Assembly: GCF_018350175.1 (NCBI RefSeq)
Contig: NC_058368.1
Span: 197,596,001 to 197,660,000, forward strand
Reading direction: 5' to 3'
DNA: 64,000 bases
Origin: Felis catus
Taxonomy: Eukaryota
Every line of letters starts with the position of its first letter. Position 1 is the stretch's first letter. The position numbers were made by a program, and so were the translations under genes. Positions 62,695 to 64,000 of the stretch are shown piece after piece. The notes beneath the pieces are model-generated. The model ran no database searches and was not told where the DNA came from. It was given only the letters and a program-made list of their open reading frames with translations.

Positions 62695-63322
62695 GTGGAT
62701 ATGTTCTTTTATCCGATAGGTCACTCACAAATATCTTCTCCCATTTTGTAGGTGGCCATTGAATTTTGTTGGTTGCTTCCTTCACTGCGCGGAAGCTTTT
62801 CATTTTGATGAAGTCCCAACAGTTTATTTTTGCTTTTGTTTCCCTTGCGTCAGGAGACTTATCTAGAAAGAAGTTGCTATGGCCAATGTCAAAGAAGTTA
62901 TTACCTGTGTTCTCTTCTAGGGTTTTACGGTTTCAGGCCTCACATCTAGGTCTTTAATCCATTTCGAATTTATCTTTGTGTATGGTGTAAGAAAGGGGTC
63001 CACTTTGATTCTTCTGCATGTAGCTGTCCAGTTTTCCCAATACCAGTTGTTGAAGAGACTATCTTTTTCCCATTGGATATTTTTTCTTGCTTTGTCGAAG
63101 ATTAGTTGACCATATAATTCTGGGTTTATTTCTGGATTTTCTATTCTGTAACATTGATCTATGTGTTTATTTTCATGCCCGTACCATACTGTTTTGATTG
63201 CTACAACTTTGTAATATACCTTGAAGTCCAGGATTGTGATGCCTTCATCTTAGCTTTCCTTTTTCAAGATTGCTTTGGCTATTTGGGGTCTTTTGTGGTT
63301 CCAGACAAATTTTAAGACTGCT
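62695..63322 (-). mobile_element. Carnivore L1 ORF2 fragment
   Basis: CAAATATCTTCTCCCATT...TTGCTTTTGTTTCCCTTGC...GGCTATTTGGGGTCTTTTGTGGTTCC; homologous to 43150-43785. Confidence 0.92.
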
Positions 63323-64000
63323 TGGGAATCTGTTGGTTTTCACAGTGTAGTGGCATCTTAGACTTGGTCCCCAAGTTAGTATAAAGGTGAAAATAACCTA
63401 ACGGCCAACGCTGCAGTGTCAATAAATTTCCTTATAAAAGGCAACATTGAAAGCAGACTGTCATCTCAGAACAAACCCAACTCAGCTGATTTCTTCTCTA
63501 GCTTAGAATGGATTGTTGCTTCTTTAGGTGAATGTCAGATGGTGTTGCTTGTTTGTATTTAGACAGCATGTTATATGAAAAGTGCATCACTTTAGACACT
63601 AGAATCACATGTAGCACAGTGAGACGTTCATTTCAGGAATGGTACATGAAAACTGAGAGCAAATGAGGGCAATGAAATTCACTGTTATCATCTCATGCTA
63701 ACTCTAGGACATACAGTCATTTTATGGAATGGAGGACAGAAGTGTTTTTATGTATTTATTGCTTGTTTCTTTCTATTTTTCAACAAGCACATAAAATTGA
63801 TTTTGTGCAAGTTAATACACATGCATATTACCTCTCAGTGTCTCTGGTAAATAATATTGGCCTCTTATGGGTCTATCACGAATGAGGGTCCTCAAGGAGG
63901 AGATTTTTGGTATAGCAGGGTGTGACGTATTTTTACCTTTGGGGCACTGGAAGAATTCATGAGTTCATTCACAATTCTTAGAATGTTCTACGTGCCAGAT

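Overview
Mammalian, almost certainly felid (cat-family), non-coding genomic DNA. It carries about 35 tRNA-derived carnivore SINEs (Can-SINE/SINEC; five near-identical CpG-rich young SINEC_Fc-type copies), carnivore/feline L1 3' stubs, older L1M/HAL1, L2 and MIR fossils, MaLR (MLT1) LTRs, one ERV1-type solo LTR and hAT-type MER elements. I could not support any protein-coding exon, RNA gene or viral ORF; the ORF track is mostly SINE/L1 read-through or chance ORFs. The window is probably intronic or intergenic. The most unusual features are two local inverted duplications (23998-24092 vs 28064-28158, 92/95 identical; 7158-7348 vs 8105-8294, about 83% by eye, the left arm flanked by a 10-bp direct repeat), a minisatellite built from alternating inverted 9-mers (26724-26813), two strong divergently oriented CTCF motifs, a head-to-head SINE pair 28 bp apart, and several informative nested or twin-primed retrotransposon structures. 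I found no convincing new biological system. Repeat subfamily names come from remembered consensus sequences and need Dfam/RepeatMasker confirmation, and boundaries of old repeats are approximate.
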